DNA of 64,000 bases from Eledone cirrhosa (lineage: Eukaryota). Both the position numbers and the translations under genes were made by a program. The DNA lies in the NCBI GenBank assembly GCA_964016885.1, contig OZ024740.1:154194001-154258000 (forward strand), given 5' to 3'. Position 1 is the first letter of the stretch; each line of letters starts with the position of its first letter. The notes under the pieces are model-generated. The model was not told where the DNA came from, searched no databases, and saw nothing but the letters and a program-made list of their open reading frames with translations. Positions 41,029 to 55,750 of the stretch are shown here, piece after piece.

Positions 41029-44000
41029 TCTTTCTTTATTTGCCACAGGGGCGTACAAAAATGGGACATTACAAGACGTGACGGCGGGGGTTTTACATAA
41101 AAATAACTTTAACATTAATAAATAACAATAAACTATATATAATAAAATAACAATTGAAATCCCCAGTAGGGGGAACGTTACTGCAGGGTTGTTTTACACC
41201 CCGTGGATAGAACAACCCTCAACACCAGGAACACGTTTTGCAGGTGTTCATGTCTTCCCTCTGTTTATCTTCCTCAACCTACAGGTTGGCCCATTCACTC
41301 GGGCCATTTTTGCCACATTCACCCATCTTTCAGCGAATTTACTGGGATGTAGCACCCCTCTCTCCACTCTCACCTTCCTTCTGAAGAAGGGGATAAGTTG
41401 TTGTCTGGAGAGAAAGGTGTTTGCCCTCAGTCCTTTTAACCTCGTCCACCATATTACCTCTTTCGCCATAGCCATCAGACAGAGGAAAACCGCCTCTCCT
41501 TCGTTCTTAAATGAATGCGGCGGGGTGATCCTCACGATCGACTCAGTTGACAACTGGATACGTCCCACACGTGACAGTAGCTGTTCGACATAATTCCACA
41601 GGTCGGTCACCCCTGGGCACTGAACAATTGCGTGCAGAACTGTTTCGATGTCCTGCTCGCATCTTGGACAGGTCCTTTTGGCAGGATCTCTGCCAGGGCG
41701 TCCGTGCCTGTAGATTTTGTCTCGAACTGGTAGAGCTCCTCGGTAGCACTGCCAGGCCAGAGACCTCTGGAAGTTATCCATAAGCCCTGGACGGAAAGTC
41801 CTCCCGAACAGACTGGTCAGCTCGTCCTCCTCGATGCCTAGAGTTTCCCCGAGAACGTCGTCGCACTTATCCACCACTAATCCCTTATAGAATGTCGAAG
41901 TGGAGTCACCGCTGATTGCTGTTTCCGCTTGGTAGAGGGCTGTGAGTGTCTGTAGGCACTCGAGGTGCCAGGAACCCATTTTCGGTCTTCGCTTGACCCA
42001 GGACTGCAGCTCTGTTAGTGAGACGAGTTGTGGAAAAGCTTGTCTCACAAACGACAGCCACACCGGTTCACCGGTCAGGAATACCTGGAGATGGCGTAGC
42101 CTCAGCGCGTGTTTGAGCATCATCAGCCACGGCATGCCCAGCCCTCCGTTAGAAGGGTGTTGACAGCAGATGGATCTCCTCAACAATGGAACCTGTTTAT
42201 TCCAGAGGAACTTGAAGATTAGCCGTTCCATGTTGGTAAGTTATTCGCGGGGGAAAGGCACGACTGTCAAGCGGTAGTAGATGACGGACGCTATGTAAGT
42301 GTTCGCCATCTCCGCTCGACCTTTCAAGGAGAGTTTGCACTCAGCTCACTTCTGGGTGAGTGCAAACACCTTCTCCGTGACCTCGTTCCAGTTCTTGTCC
42401 GCCTGGAGGTCTGGACCGAACCATACCCCGAGCAATTTCACCGGTCCTTCCGTCCAGCGTCCAACGACACTGTCGGAAGGCAAGGGTTTGCCTCTCCGTG
42501 TGCCGAGTTGCAAACCGTCAGACTGGTTTCGGTTTAGTCTTGCTCCTGTCAACGTTTCGTATTCCTGTAATAGGTTGCCTATTACCCTGATTTCCGAGGT
42601 TTTCGTCACCATTACGGTTATGTCGTCGGCATAGGCTGACGCTGCTTTCCGCAGTCCTGGTTCAATCGGGATGCCCTGCAACAGCCCCAATTTCCGCAGT
42701 AATGGCTCGAGAGTACATACAGAATGGAGGAGAGAGGGCATCCAAGACGGATGGAACGCATGATTTGGAATGGCTCTGATAGGTAGCCATTCACCTTGAC
42801 TGCCGAGCAGATGCTGGTGTGCATGGCAGCGATCCAGCCTCTGAAGACGGGACCGAAGCCGGCCCCTTTGAGAACTGCTTCCAAGTATTGATGGTCGACC
42901 CTATCAAATGCCTTAGACTGATCTAAATTTATCAGAGCCCCACCAAAGCCAGGTTTACACCCTACCCTCTCTATGATGTATCGCATGAGGTGGAGGTTGT
43001 CGTGTATGGATCTGGTCGGGATTGCACACGTTTGTGCTTCCCCTACCAGGTTCTCGACGACAAGCGCCAGCCTTGCTGCTAACACCTTGGCCAATATCTT
43101 TAACTCTGTGTTGAGCAGAGTTATGGGCCTGAAATTACTTATCTTATCCCCCTTGTTCTCATTTTTCCTGATCAGCGTTACTACGCCTCTGCCTACAGAA
43201 CTGGGAATCCTCCCGTTCTGCTGCCAGTTGCAGTAGACTGCTTCGAGGACGCCAGAGAACAAGTGTGGCATGCCTATGTAAAACTGATAGGGCAGACCAT
43301 CTAAACCGGGTGATTTGCGTTTCTCGCAGCGGCCTAGCTGATCTTCTATTTCGCCCGCTGCGATCGGCCTTTCGCAGCTCTCCGCATCCGTGCTCGAGAA
43401 TCGCTGTACGCCGTCGAGGTAGGAGCTGAAGTCCATCACCTCGCTCGATGTACCGCTTTGCCCGAACAGTTGTGCAAAATGCTGCTGGAAGGCCGCGCAC
43501 ATCTGCTTGGATTCAAGTATAATGCGTCTATCTTTGTCTTGCAAAAACCGAATTGTGGATTTGGCTCCCTCGTTTCTTAGAGCATGTGTTCTACTTCTGA
43601 CAATACAACCTTTGTGTTTCACGTTGAAGAACTGGTCTAGTTCCGTTCCCGCCGCTAGCACGTCAGCTATACTGCCATTCCTAAGTGCCTCTTCTATTTT
43701 AGCTACCAGTTCCTTTTCAGTTTTGTTTTTTTTAAAGCTACTTCCTTGCTAAATGCTATCGATTCTATTCTAATTGCTCTCGAGAGAGAGAGCTCCACCA
43801 CCTGTTGTTGACGATCGCCCGTGTTAACTGGCACTTAACTAAGGTGCTAATCCGTTTACTGTAGGCCTTACGCGCCGGGAGCGACATGTTTAGCTTCCAG
43901 TATCCGGGTCCCTGTCTATGTGTTATATCAAGGTTGACTACGCAGGTGACTAATTTGAGGTCTGAATAGGCAACCATGTGCATTTGTGGACAGCTTAATG

Positions 44001-46700
44001 TTTCCTTATCATTCTGCTAATTCAAAATCTATCTAAATACGATCTAGAAGACCCAGTGCGGTTGCTCCACGTCCACAGTGGTGCACTTGGGAAGTCAAGA
44101 CGATATCTATCAGCCAGTTGGAATTGGCTGATGAGATTTTTGAGGCCCTTACACCCCCCTCTATTATCACAAGCTCCTACATAGTCCCAACGTACGTCTA
44201 AGACGCTATTCCAGTCCCCCGCTAACACTAAGGAGCGAGCCGTTCCCAGGAATGGCTCCAGACGCTTGAAGAACTCTGGTCGCGATGTCCCAGTCGGGGC
44301 ATATACGGCCACTAGGCTGCCCTCCGGGTCCAAATGAATCGTCTGTATTTTGAGATGCAAGTTTTTTCGAAACAGAACAGCAACTCCCCCTCCACCTCCT
44401 GGCTGACAGAGAGATGCGTAGATCTCAAAATCATCGAACATGGGGGTTAGCTGCTGCTTGTCGTGAATTCTGGACTCGGTAATGGTTATCACATCTATAC
44501 AATGTGACCTGAGATCATTTAAGAGCTGGCCCTGTTTCCAGGACATGTCCAGGCCACGTACATTCAAACACCCAGCTTGTATAGCCGCCATGTTGGTGAA
44601 GAAGAGTTAAGGAGAGAAAAGGCAGGAACACTTACCTTTTCGTTTCCTGGAGGTCGGGTTGTTCGATCTCCATGTCCAGATTGGTGGTGTTTGGGGTTAA
44701 GGGGATTTTGGCAAGGGGGGCCCACATCATATGGGAAATTCTCTTTTAAAGTTTCATACTGTAGGGTTGTTACCCTGATAAGTTTGAGGTTTGGGGGTGG
44801 GTCGTTGGTGGGGAAGGTTTTCCCTTCCGTTTGTATTGTGGAGTCCTTTCGGACAGTTCCACCAGTTCTTTGTTTCTTGTTTTTATGTATGTGTAGTATG
44901 TTTTGTTTTTTATGTGTACTGTTTCTGTTTGTAGTTTTCTTTTTGTGGTTGGGGTTTGTGATTGTGGTGGTGTGGGTGTTTGTTTTTGTTGGTGAAGTGT
45001 TTGGTTGTGTTGACGGTGATTGTGTTGTAGGTGTGTTTGTTTGTGAAGTGTTTGGTTGTGTTGATGGTGAATGTGTTGTTGGTGTGTTTGTCGTTTGTGG
45101 CGGTGTGTTTATGGTGGGGTTGGGTGTGTGCGTGTTTTCTGTAGATGTTTTGGTGTCTTTTTTGTGTCTTTTTTGTTTTGGGGATTTTGGGGGTTCCACT
45201 TCATTCTCACTTGGAGATGTAGAGGTTCCCGTATCTGAGACTTCTGAATCAGGGGTAGATGGGAGGCGTATGTTGTGTGGTGGAGTGTTTGTGCAGGTGT
45301 TTGTGGAAGTATTTGACAGGGGGGGGGGGGAAGAGGCAATGGAGGGTTTTTCAGTGGGATTTTGTGTGTGTGGTTGTCTCTGGTCTGCGGTAGTGTGGGA
45401 GTGGATGTTGCAGGTGTTTGTGTTGGTTTTGGTTTAGAGTGTTGATGTTGGGGTTTTGGTAATAACACCTTGTTTGTCCTCGGTTTGTTTAAGAGAGGGC
45501 AAAAGACCTTTAAGTGTGTGGTTTTCCCACACTTATGGCACTGAGGTCTTTTCCCCTCCACTGTCCGGTATTTTCTCAACTCTCTCTGGCCTCATTTGTA
45601 CCAGAACCTCGATGCAGGCTCCAAACCAGTTATGCTGGTCTGTCCTATCTACAGATAGGAGGGTGTCCTCATCCTTCTTCAGGATGCAGCGTAGGATCCA
45701 CCATATGTTAACCTCTGCTGGGATCCTGGTTATTTTTATTTTGTATGATCTTCTTCCCATGTATGTGGGGAAGATATGTTGATCCGTTTTTATTGGGTAA
45801 ACCGAGTGTTTTTGTGCCAGAGTTTCGCTCTTAAAGAGCACTGACACACTTCCATACTGTTTAGCTTTTGGGAGGTATGCCACGTCTGGCTTGATATCTT
45901 TTAGTGCAACTTCGATAGTGCTTGTTGGGAGCGTTATGGGTTATTTGGTAGTGATGTCAACTGTTCTATAAATTAGCTTCCTTTTCTGTGTCATTTTTCT
46001 TACATGTGGGGGTGTGTGTATGTGTGGGGTGTCTCCCTCAAACGTCACATAGTTGGAAGCTTCTTCCAAATATTGGGACTTTTGGGAAATGTCCATGGAG
46101 TAGTATTTAAAATCCTGTTGCGGCAAATGAAATTTTGTTATTGTTGTTGTTGGTGATGATGATGGTCTCATCCGTTGTGTTGCCACTGATTCCTTTTTTT
46201 GTGTTGTTATTGTTCTCATTTATTGTGTTGTTGTTGGTGGTTGTGGTAGTATTAGTGTTTGCTTCACATACTTCCTTCTGTGTGTGGATGCATATGACGT
46301 TTGTGACGTCAGGCGTGTTCAGTTGCTTACAAGCAGCTGAAGCTTGTTCCTATTCTAAATGTTGAGGCGATAATGTTGGCTTCCTTTGTCCATGTCTGCT
46401 CCTACCTGCTGGTCAAGTAGGTTTGGCTTTCCCTTTCCATCTTCTTGTTTTGACAAAAAAGTAGGTGCTTTTGCTTCAGCCATTTTTTAAAAAATTGAAG
46501 TGTTTTGCAAATATTTTTTTCGAAAATATTTTGGATGTTTTTGCCCTGAGGGGCACGATATTTTGGGAGACTGACCAGATCAAAATTTGACCTGCCAGTC
46601 CCTCTACAAATTGGTATAAAAATAAAAGTTCACAATGACGAATTTCTAAAGAAATTTAAACAAAACTTACCGAGCAAGTTTAACACATGTGTCCATCCCA
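41029..46700 (-). mobile_element. Full-length Tx1-like LINE (family B), degraded; ORF1 ~44632-46483, ORF2 ~41279-44591
   Basis: Same GGGATGGACAC 5' end; MAEAKAP start; knuckle CHKCGKTTHLKVFC; APE, RT (YADD) and CCHC fragments; GATA flanks. Confidence 0.93.
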
Positions 46701-46720
46701 GAGATAGATAGATAGATATA

Positions 46721-47732
46721 TTTCTTTTATTTGCCACTAGGGCATCAAAAGTGGGACAAGTACAAAGGGAGGAGTTTACACAAAAAGGCGTCCTCAATAA
46801 GGAGGAGGCAATAACAAAATATAAAAATAAAATAAGATATAACAAAAAATAAAATTTTTAACAAAATCCTCAATAGAGAGGAGGCGCCTTGGGGGGTCGC
46901 ACACACCCCCGAAAAAAGTGTGCAACCCTTCTCCTCAGGAGCACAGAGAAGGGGTGCTCCCTTGGTCTTTCATCTTCCTCACCTATAGTCTGATGTAGAG
47001 TGAAGGCCCATTCACACGGGCCATTCTCGCCACTTTCACCCATCTTTCATAGAAACGGCTGGGGTGCAGCACCTCTCTCTCCATCCTGATCCTTCTTCCG
47101 AAATGATATCGGAAGAAACGGACCAGTTGTTGGCCAGAGAGAAAGGTGCCCGACCTCAGTCCTTTCAGACGCGTCCACCATACAACCTCTTTCGCCATGG
47201 CTATTACGCACAGAAACACCGCCTCTGCTTCATCTTTGAAGGGGGGAGGCGGCTTGATCATTACAATAGACTCGGTGGTCAACCGGAGCGGTCCCACCCT
47301 TGACAGCAGTTGTTCGACATAGCCCCACAGATCGGCTACGCCCGAGCAGTGTACTAATGCGTGTGCAACGGTTTCCTCGTCGCACACGCATCTGGGACAG
47401 ATCTTTTTGGCGGGGTCCCTACCCGGGCGCCCGTGTCTGTAGAGCCTTTCTCGAACGGGTAAAGCCCCTCGGTAGCACTGCCAGGCCAGGGACTTCTGGA
47501 AGTTGTCCATAGGTCCCGGGCTGAATGTCCTACCGAACAGGCGGCCAGTTCGACCTCCTCCATGTCTAGGGCTTCTCCGAGGGCGTCGTCGCACCTGCTG
47601 CGTACCAGCCCTCTATAGAATGTTGCGGTGGAGTCTCCACTGATAACCGGATCCGCCTGCCAGAGGGCGGTGAGCGCCTGGGCACACTCAGTGTGCCAGG
47701 CGCCCAGTTTTCTCGGTCTTTGCTTGACCCAG

Positions 47733-47733
<1 letters not shown>
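46721..47733 (-). mobile_element. Tx1-like LINE (A2) 3' fragment
   Basis: Near-identical to ~13061-14075. Confidence 0.92.
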
Positions 47734-47788
<55 letters not shown>

Positions 47789-50700
47789 TGTTTCTTTTAT
47801 TTGCCACCAGGGCATCAAAAGTGGGACACGTACAATGGGGGGAGTTTACAAAACAAGGCGTCCTCAATAAGGAGGAGGCAATAACAATATATAAAAATAA
47901 AATAAAATATAACAAAAATAAAATTTATAACAAAGTCCTCAATAGAGAGGAGGCGCCTTGGGGGGTCGCACACACCCCCGAAAAAAGTGTGCAACCCTTC
48001 TCCTCAGGAGCACAGAGAAGGGGTGCTCCCTTGACTTTCATCTTCCTCACCTATAGTCTGATGTAGAGTGAAGGCCCATTCACACGGGCCATTCTCGCCA
48101 CTTTCACCCATCTTTCATAGAAACGGCTGGGGTGCAGCACCTCTCTCTCCATCCTGATCCTTCTTCTGAAATGATATCGGAAGAAACGGACGAGTTGTTG
48201 GCCAGAGAGAAAGGTGTCTGACCTCAGTCCTTTCAGACGCGTCCACCATACAACCTCTTTCGCCATGGCTATTACGCACAGAAACACCGCCTCTCCTTCG
48301 TTTTTGAAGAGGGGAGGCGGCTTGATCGTTACAATAGACTCGGTGGTCAACCGGATCGGTCCCACCCTTGACAGCAGTTGTTCGACATAGCCCCACAGAT
48401 CGGCAATGCCCGAGCAGTGTACCAATGCGTGTGCAACGGTTTCCTCGTCGCACACGCATCTGGGACAGACCTTTTCGATGGGTCCCTACCCGGGCGCCCG
48501 TGTCTGTAGAGCCTTTCTCGAACGGGCAGAGCCCTTCTGTAGCATTGCCAGGCCAGGGACCTCTGGAAGTTATCCATGGGTCCCTGGCTGAATGTCCTAC
48601 CGAACAGGTTGGCCAGTTCGTCTTCCTCCATGCCTAGGGCTTCTCCGAGGGCGTCGTCGCACCTGCTAACCACCAGCCCTCTATAGAATGACGAGGTGGA
48701 TTCTTCACTGACAGCCGGGTCCGCCTGCCAGAGAGCCGTGAGCGCCTGGGCACACTCGGTGTGCCAGGCGCCCAGTTTTCTCGGTCTTTGCTCGACCCAG
48801 GATTGCAGCTCGGTGAGTGAGACGAGTCTGGGAAAGGCTCGCCTCACAAACGGGGCCCACACTGGTTGACCGGAGAGGAATACCTGAAGGTGCCGTAGCC
48901 TTAATGCGTGTTTACGTATCATCAGCCACGGCATCCCCAGCCCTCCTTTCGAAGGGTGTTAACAGCAGATGGACCTCCTCACCATAGGAGCCCGCTTCTT
49001 CCAAAGGAATTGGAAGAGTGCGCGCTCCATTTTGGCGAGCGTTTCCCTTGGGCAAGGCACCACGGTCAGGCGGTAGTAGATGACGGACGCTATATAAGTG
49101 TTCGCCACCTCCGCCCGACCTTTCAGGGACAGTTTGCACTCGGCCCACTTCTGGGTCAGTGCAAACACCCTGCTCGTCACCTCACCCCAGTTCTTCTCCA
49201 CCTGGAGGTCTGGTCCGAACCAGACCCCGAGCAATTTCACCGGGCCCTCCGTCCAGCGCCCGACGACGCCATCGGAGGGCATCGATCTGCCCCTCCACGT
49301 GCCGAGTTGCAGACCGATCGACTTGTCCCGGTTCAGCTTAGCCCCTGTAAACCTTTCGTACTCCTCCAGTAAGGTGCCGATCGCCCCGATTTCCGAGGCC
49401 GTCGACACCATTACTGTTACGTCATCGGCGTAGGCTGACACCGCTTTCCGCAATCCCGGGTCCAACGGGATGCCCTGCAACAACTCCAACTTCCGCAGCA
49501 GTGGCTCTAGAGTCACTACATACAGAAGGGAGGAGAGAGGGCACCCCTGTCGGATGGACCGCGCGATTTCGAACGGCTCCGAGAGGTAGCCGTTCACCTT
49601 GACCCTAGAGCAGATGCGGCTGCTGTGCATGGCATTGATCCAGCCCCTGAAAACGGGTCCGAAGCCTGCCGCCGCTAGCACCGCATCCAGGTAACCATGG
49701 TCGACCCTATCGAATGCCTTAGATTGATCCAAGTTGATCAGGGCCCCACCAAAGCCAGGTTCGTTCCCAACCCTCTCTATGATGTATCGCATGAGGTGGA
49801 GGTTATCGTGGATGGACCTGGACGGGATAGCACATGTCTGCGCATCTCCCACCAGGTTTCCCACGACAAGCGCCAACCTCTTTGCTAGCACCTTGGCCAA
49901 AATCTGTAACTCTGTATTTAGCAGAGTTATGGGCCTGAAATTATTTATATCGTCCCCCTTGTTCTCGTCCTTCCTCACAAGCGTGACTACGCCCTTGGTC
50001 ACAGCACAGGGAATTCTCCCGTTCTGTCGCCAGTTGCAGTAGACCGCCTCGAGGAGTTCGGGGAACAAGTCCGGCATAGCTAGATATAGTTCGTATGGAA
50101 GACCATCGAGACCCGGGGATTTGCGTTTGCCGCATTGGCTCAGCACGTCCTCTATCTCAGCGGCTGAAATCGGCTCCTCGCAGGACTTCGCCTCCCTGTC
50201 CGAGAGACGCGGCAGGCCGTCGAGGTATGGACCGAAGTCCACGTCCCCAACCGGCCCCCCGCCCCTTCCGAACAGTTCGGCAAAGTGCTTTTGAAAAGCC
50301 TCGCACATCTGCTTAGGTTCAAGGATCACCCGTCTATCCTGGTCTCGCAAAGACCGGATAGTGGATCTGCTCCCTCTTTTGGCTTCTGTCACGCGGGCCC
50401 AGCTAACAGCTTTGGTCCCCTCGTTTCCCAGAGCACGTATTTTGCTTCGGACGATGCAGCCTTCGTGTTTCGCGTCGAAGAACTGGCCCAGGGCCGTTCT
50501 CGACGCTAGCACTCTGGCCACGTCGCCGCTTCTAATTGCCTCTTCTACACTATCTACCAACTCCCTTTCCTTCCTATTTCTATTGGAGGCTAACTCCTTA
50601 CTAAATTCTATAGAGACTGATCTAATCTCTCTTTTGAGAGATCCCCCACCACCTGCTGTTGACGATGGCGCCCGTCAACCGCTCCTTAACTAAAGTGCTA

Positions 50701-51488
50701 ATCCGGTTCCTGTAAGCCTTACTTGCCGGTAAGGACAAGTTGAGCTTCCAGTAACCGGGTCCCTGTCTATGAGTTCTGTCAAGGTTGACCATGCAGGTCA
50801 CTAATTTGTGGTCTGAATAGCCAACCATGCGCATTTTTGGACAACTTAAAAAGTCCTTATCCTTAATTCTAACTAAGAACCTATCTAGGTACGACCTAGA
50901 TGTTCCGCTACGATTTGCCCAAGTCTAGGTTTGCGCAGTCGGAAAATCTAGTCGATATCTATCTGCCAGGTCATATCGAGCGATTAACCCTTTGAGGCTA
51001 TTACACCCCTCTCTATCGGGACAGGTCCCTACGTAGTCCCAGCGTGCATCTAGGATACCATTCCAGTCCCCCACTAATAGCAAGGAACGGGACGTCCCTA
51101 GAAAAGTCTCCAGACGATGGAAGAAGTCCGGCCGCATTGACTCGAAAGGGCCGTAGACGGCTACCAACCTAAACGCTCCGCCTTCACCACTGCGAAGGTC
51201 CAGAACCACTAGTCGACCCTCCGGGTCCAAATGTACCGTCTATGTTGCGAGACCCAGATGTTTTTGCAGCAGAACGACAACCCCACCCCCATCTCCGGGC
51301 TGAGAGAGAGATGCGTGCATCTCAAAGTCATCAAAGGTGGGGGCCAGCTGTCGCACGTTGCTGATCCGGGCCTCACAAATAACCATCACATCTATACGTT
51401 GTGACCTGAGGTCATTTAGAAGCATTGCTTGCTTCCAAGTTGAGCCCAGGCCACGCGCATTTAGACAGCCTACTCTTAGCATAGCCAT
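47789..51488 (-). mobile_element. Tx1-like LINE (A1), ORF2 and 3' UTR only; begins at the ORF2 ATG
   Basis: Near-identical to 7310-11011; 533-aa RT ORF; GATA flanks. Confidence 0.94.
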
Positions 51489-51676
51489 ATAGATAGATAG
51501 GTAGATAGATTGATTGATAGATGGATGATAGATAACCATAAACCTTTAAAATACATAAAACAATTTTTGTATGCTCTGAATGTTTGAGTCTATGTGAATT
51601 TTAATACAAACATCAATATCCTGATATGTGTGTGTGTGCGTGTATCTGTCTGTGTATGTACGGGTGTCTACCTATA

Positions 51677-51710
<34 letters not shown>

Positions 51711-51806
51711 CGTGTGCTGTATGACAAGCCAATCATTTTTGTAATTGTGTGAGCAATAAAAGGTTGAATAGGTGAAAGTATCCATGTACTGGGCGTTTCT
51801 ATTGTT

Positions 51807-51862
<56 letters not shown>

Positions 51863-52157
51863 TTTGTTCTTTTGATTTAAAGAGACACCAGTGTTAGAAA
51901 TTCAAGTAGCATTTATACACAGTGAAATATAATTGCTATGGTCGACGGACCAAATCTGGGAAAACTGTCCAAATTGGAGTAGACTGAGATAACCTTAGTA
52001 GAGTGACCTCCTTCCACCATAAGGCCACATCCTCTCTTCTTCTCCGCCTAACTGTTACCAGTGTGAGAAAGCATCTGTCTGCCGGAATCCGAATGAAGAA
52101 CATCTTTTCAACTCTAATATACTCATATAGAAAACAAAAATATTGTTTACATTATCT

Positions 52158-52338
52158 TTGGCAGTATCGGTAGAGGGTCTGACACCATGCGTTGCAGCAA
52201 AGAGTTACGCCCCTTTATTGTCTGAGTTCAAATCCCGCCGAGGTTAACTTTGTCTTTCATCCTTATGGGGTCGATAAAATAAAGTACCAGTAATACACTG
52301 ATATAATTGCTGGTCTTGTGCCAATAGTAGAAACAATT
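52158..52338 (+). mobile_element. tRNA-derived SINE
   Basis: Same A/B boxes and core as 30967-31151. Confidence 0.85.
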
Positions 52339-52760
52339 AATTAATCATTACACAATGACATGTTAATGCCTTTAAAATGTGCATAATTGATGTTATGTAA
52401 GACAATAAATGGAAGTGTAAAATGTAAAACTGTCTCTTCTTATTTAATGACAATACTCCATCAGATTCCATATACGTATTACCTGTTCTTACCGTTATTC
52501 ATAAGTATGACGTGGTGTGCTTATGTGATTACACCATAGATCGTCGATTGCTTAGATCAACACGGATTATTAAACTGAAAAAATATCTGTTTCCGTTTGT
52601 ATGTATCTATAATCTGAAATATCTCGTTCCTTTCTACCACCTCTCCCTCTCTCATTATCTCTCTTTCTTTCTCTCTCTCCCTCTTTCTCTCTCTCTCTCT
52701 CTCTCTCCCTATCTCTTTATCTATTTATCTGTTTCTTTCTCCCTCCCTCCTACCCACCCC

Positions 52761-52856
<96 letters not shown>

Positions 52857-53084
52857 TCTGCTGAGCTTAAAAGCTATGACTTTTTTCGAAAAAAAAAATG
52901 AAGTTTTTGTGCAGCACTGCTGAATTCCAACAAGATACAAATATGTACTATCTATAATTCAAATACATAGGATTCATTTCATTGTTATTATCTTATTTAC
53001 TGAAAAATATGAATATGAAATAGAAATTATTACGATTCTTCAGCCGAGATCTCATGTCACCAGTTTTCATTGCAATTGTTTCAG

Positions 53085-53191
53085 ATATTCGATCATGGGA
53101 ACAATCTGCTCGTAAAATTAAGGAGTATATAGCTGAGCTTTTTATTGAAACGTTAATTCTTAACGAAGTTTTCGGAGTCAACCAATGTTTG
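53085..53191 (+). CDS. Candidate host coding exon (unknown gene)
   Basis: TTGTTTCAG| acceptor and |GTAAGA donor; open frame IRSWEQSARKIKEYIAELFIETLILNEVFGVNQCL; ends in phase 0. Confidence 0.45.
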
Positions 53192-53639
53192 GTAAGAATA
53201 GCCCTTTAAGTTACAGGTTCAACATTTGTTTTCGACTGGAATATTGGGAAATAAAGTGCCAACACGCGACTGAGAATCGAACTCACAACCTTACATTCGA
53301 ACACCCGAAGCACTAAATTTCCCAACTATTAAAAACGATCGATTCGCAGCAATTCTCGCATGGTTAACGAAAATTCGGTAAACTTCCTATTGTAGTAATA
53401 GATGAAAGACGAAAATGAAAAAGATGTATTTGAGGCTTGCCTTTGACATATTACGTATGATATCATGTAAAGGAACACATATACAAAGAAACTATTAGTC
53501 AGACGAATTTTGCAGACGCAAATATCAGCACACACACACACACGCGCGCGATCGCTCGCGCACGTACGCATATATCTACTTTAAACTTTACTGAGTCTTC
53601 CTTCCCCACACCGATCTTTAGCGGAAAATATATATATGG

Positions 53640-53715
<76 letters not shown>

Positions 53716-54174
53716 GCGTATATATTTACACGGTTTTAGATACACATACGTGTGAATATATATATAAAATTATGACTACGTATATAAATGTACTTGTAGT
53801 ACTTATATAAATGTAGCTCAGATTAAGAAAATGTAAAGCACTTGACATACTAACCAAATATTGATCATGAGAATCTAAGAAATCTTACGGAATTTGGCGA
53901 GGTCAAATTCTTTTCTTGTAATACGACAAAACTGAAGGAATAAAGAGAGGCCTGTAAACCAAACTTAAATGCTAATCTATTAGTACACTGAACAATAAAC
54001 CTTTTTTTCAACAATCGTTTCAATCGAAATATATATTTTTTTAATATATTGTTATATAATATTGCGATACGTGAATATATATATCGCATGAATCCTTACT
54101 GGGGACATTATAAAGGTTGGTAGCTTTTTAATATAGTCACAAAAACATCATTTCTTTTCTTTCTTTTCTGTAAA

Positions 54175-54580
54175 ACCTCGGACAACATGCTTCGCGGCCT
54201 AGAGTTACTTCCCTTTACGTTCTGTGTTCAAATCTCACCGAGGGTCGATAAAATAACGTACCAGTAATGCACTGGGGTCGATTTAATAGACTCCCCCCCC
54301 CCCAAAAAAAAAAAATTGCTGGCCTTGTGCCTATATAAGAAACCATTATTAACATTATTAATGAATTGGGTGAGGACGATAGATTGGCAGTATCGGTAGA
54401 ACATCAGAAAATATTCTTTGCTGTAAAGTTACAGCCTTTTACATTCCTAGTTCAAATCTCACCGATTTTAAATCTTTGCATTTCATCTTTTCGGGTCGAT
54501 AACATAGAATACCTTTAATGCACTGGGAACCATTTTTATTGACTTTCCTCTTCCCTCCAAAATTATTAGCCTTGTAGCCT
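54175..54580 (+). mobile_element. Two degenerate SINE copies
   Basis: GTTCAAATCTCACCGA B boxes and GGGTCGATAA core at ~54225-54270 and ~54450-54525. Confidence 0.65.
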
Positions 54581-55019
54581 TTAACTATACTGTCTGTAGA
54601 AAAGGTTCCCACACTTTTTGCATGAAAGGGCCAGATTAACATTCGAAATTTAGATGAGGGCAGCATATTAGAATTATCAATACTATCGAAGACAGTCCAC
54701 GTTTTTATGATGATAGACTTACAATTAAAATTGCTGCGTTTTTCAATGAAAACTTGTTAAAAGACACGTTTTTTCCCCGAGAAAGTCATTTGAGGTCTGT
54801 CGCATTATCTGTACTAGAACCCTTGCCATATCTTTCTTTTTCCGTTTTTTTAAAATATTTTCTTATTTTACATTCCATTCTTTCTTCTCAATCTAAATTT
54901 TCTTTTTTCTTTTTGGTATTAATTGTATTTACATGTTATCATCTAGTACAGGTAATTGATGATAACCTCGGTTGAGGTAGATTTTGGAGAAAATCGAGCA
55001 GCCTGCTAACTGAACCGAG

Positions 55020-55750
55020 AAGCTTGTATATGCAGAATGGAGTAGCAGTAGGGTGAGGTACTTGTTAAGACGGTGATAATCCCTTGCTGGGTCGCCAAGC
55101 TCTGTTGGGTTTTGGCGCTTCGTGTAGAGGTGAAGACCAGGGACGGTTTGATCGATGAACGATGCTCAAAGCTTCCATATTGTCAAATTTGACCTTCACA
55201 ATAGCAAATTTGTCTGATGGTAGACGACATAAACGGTTGTGTACTGGAGAACTGGTGGTTGGAATGTGGTGCTTTACTCTGTGATGAGTTGTGGAATGGG
55301 AGATGTCATGATAATGAGTTTCAGGTAATTCAAAAGGAATTCCGAGAACTCGTTCTTAGTCTCAGAAACGTTTGATATATGAAAAGTCACACTTGCAGAT
55401 GTTGCCAGAGAAACAGAGGCATACTTACTGCTATTGACGAGTCGTCTCCCCTGATTATCGACCAGCAGTGAGTGAGCCCGAAGGAAGTCTGCTCCAATGA
55501 TAGACTAATGGGCATCAGCGACGGTGAATGTCCATGTATATTACTGTGAGCCTCTGTGGAGATAGAGAGTACGGTATCTGTAAGCTTTGATTGTAGAATC
55601 ATTGGCAGCTGCCACTGACTCCCCCTCTCTATAACGGAGGTTGTTTGCAGATGCCGGGATGACACTGACTCCTACTTCTGTGTCGATTAAGAATCTGACT
55701 GGAGATCTGATCATAAATATACGGGACAATTGATCATGTTTGCCGACCAC
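55020..55750 (-). pseudogene. Gypsy/Ty3 pol relic (aspartic protease and start of RT)
   Basis: FLIDTEVGVSVIP, AANDSTIKAY, IIGADFL, KHHIPT, WSSPLH; many stops and frameshifts. Confidence 0.7.

Noticed and set aside
52158-52245. tRNA genes at the A/B-box sequences
   Set aside because: No cloverleaf; they continue into a shared SINE core in multiple copies.
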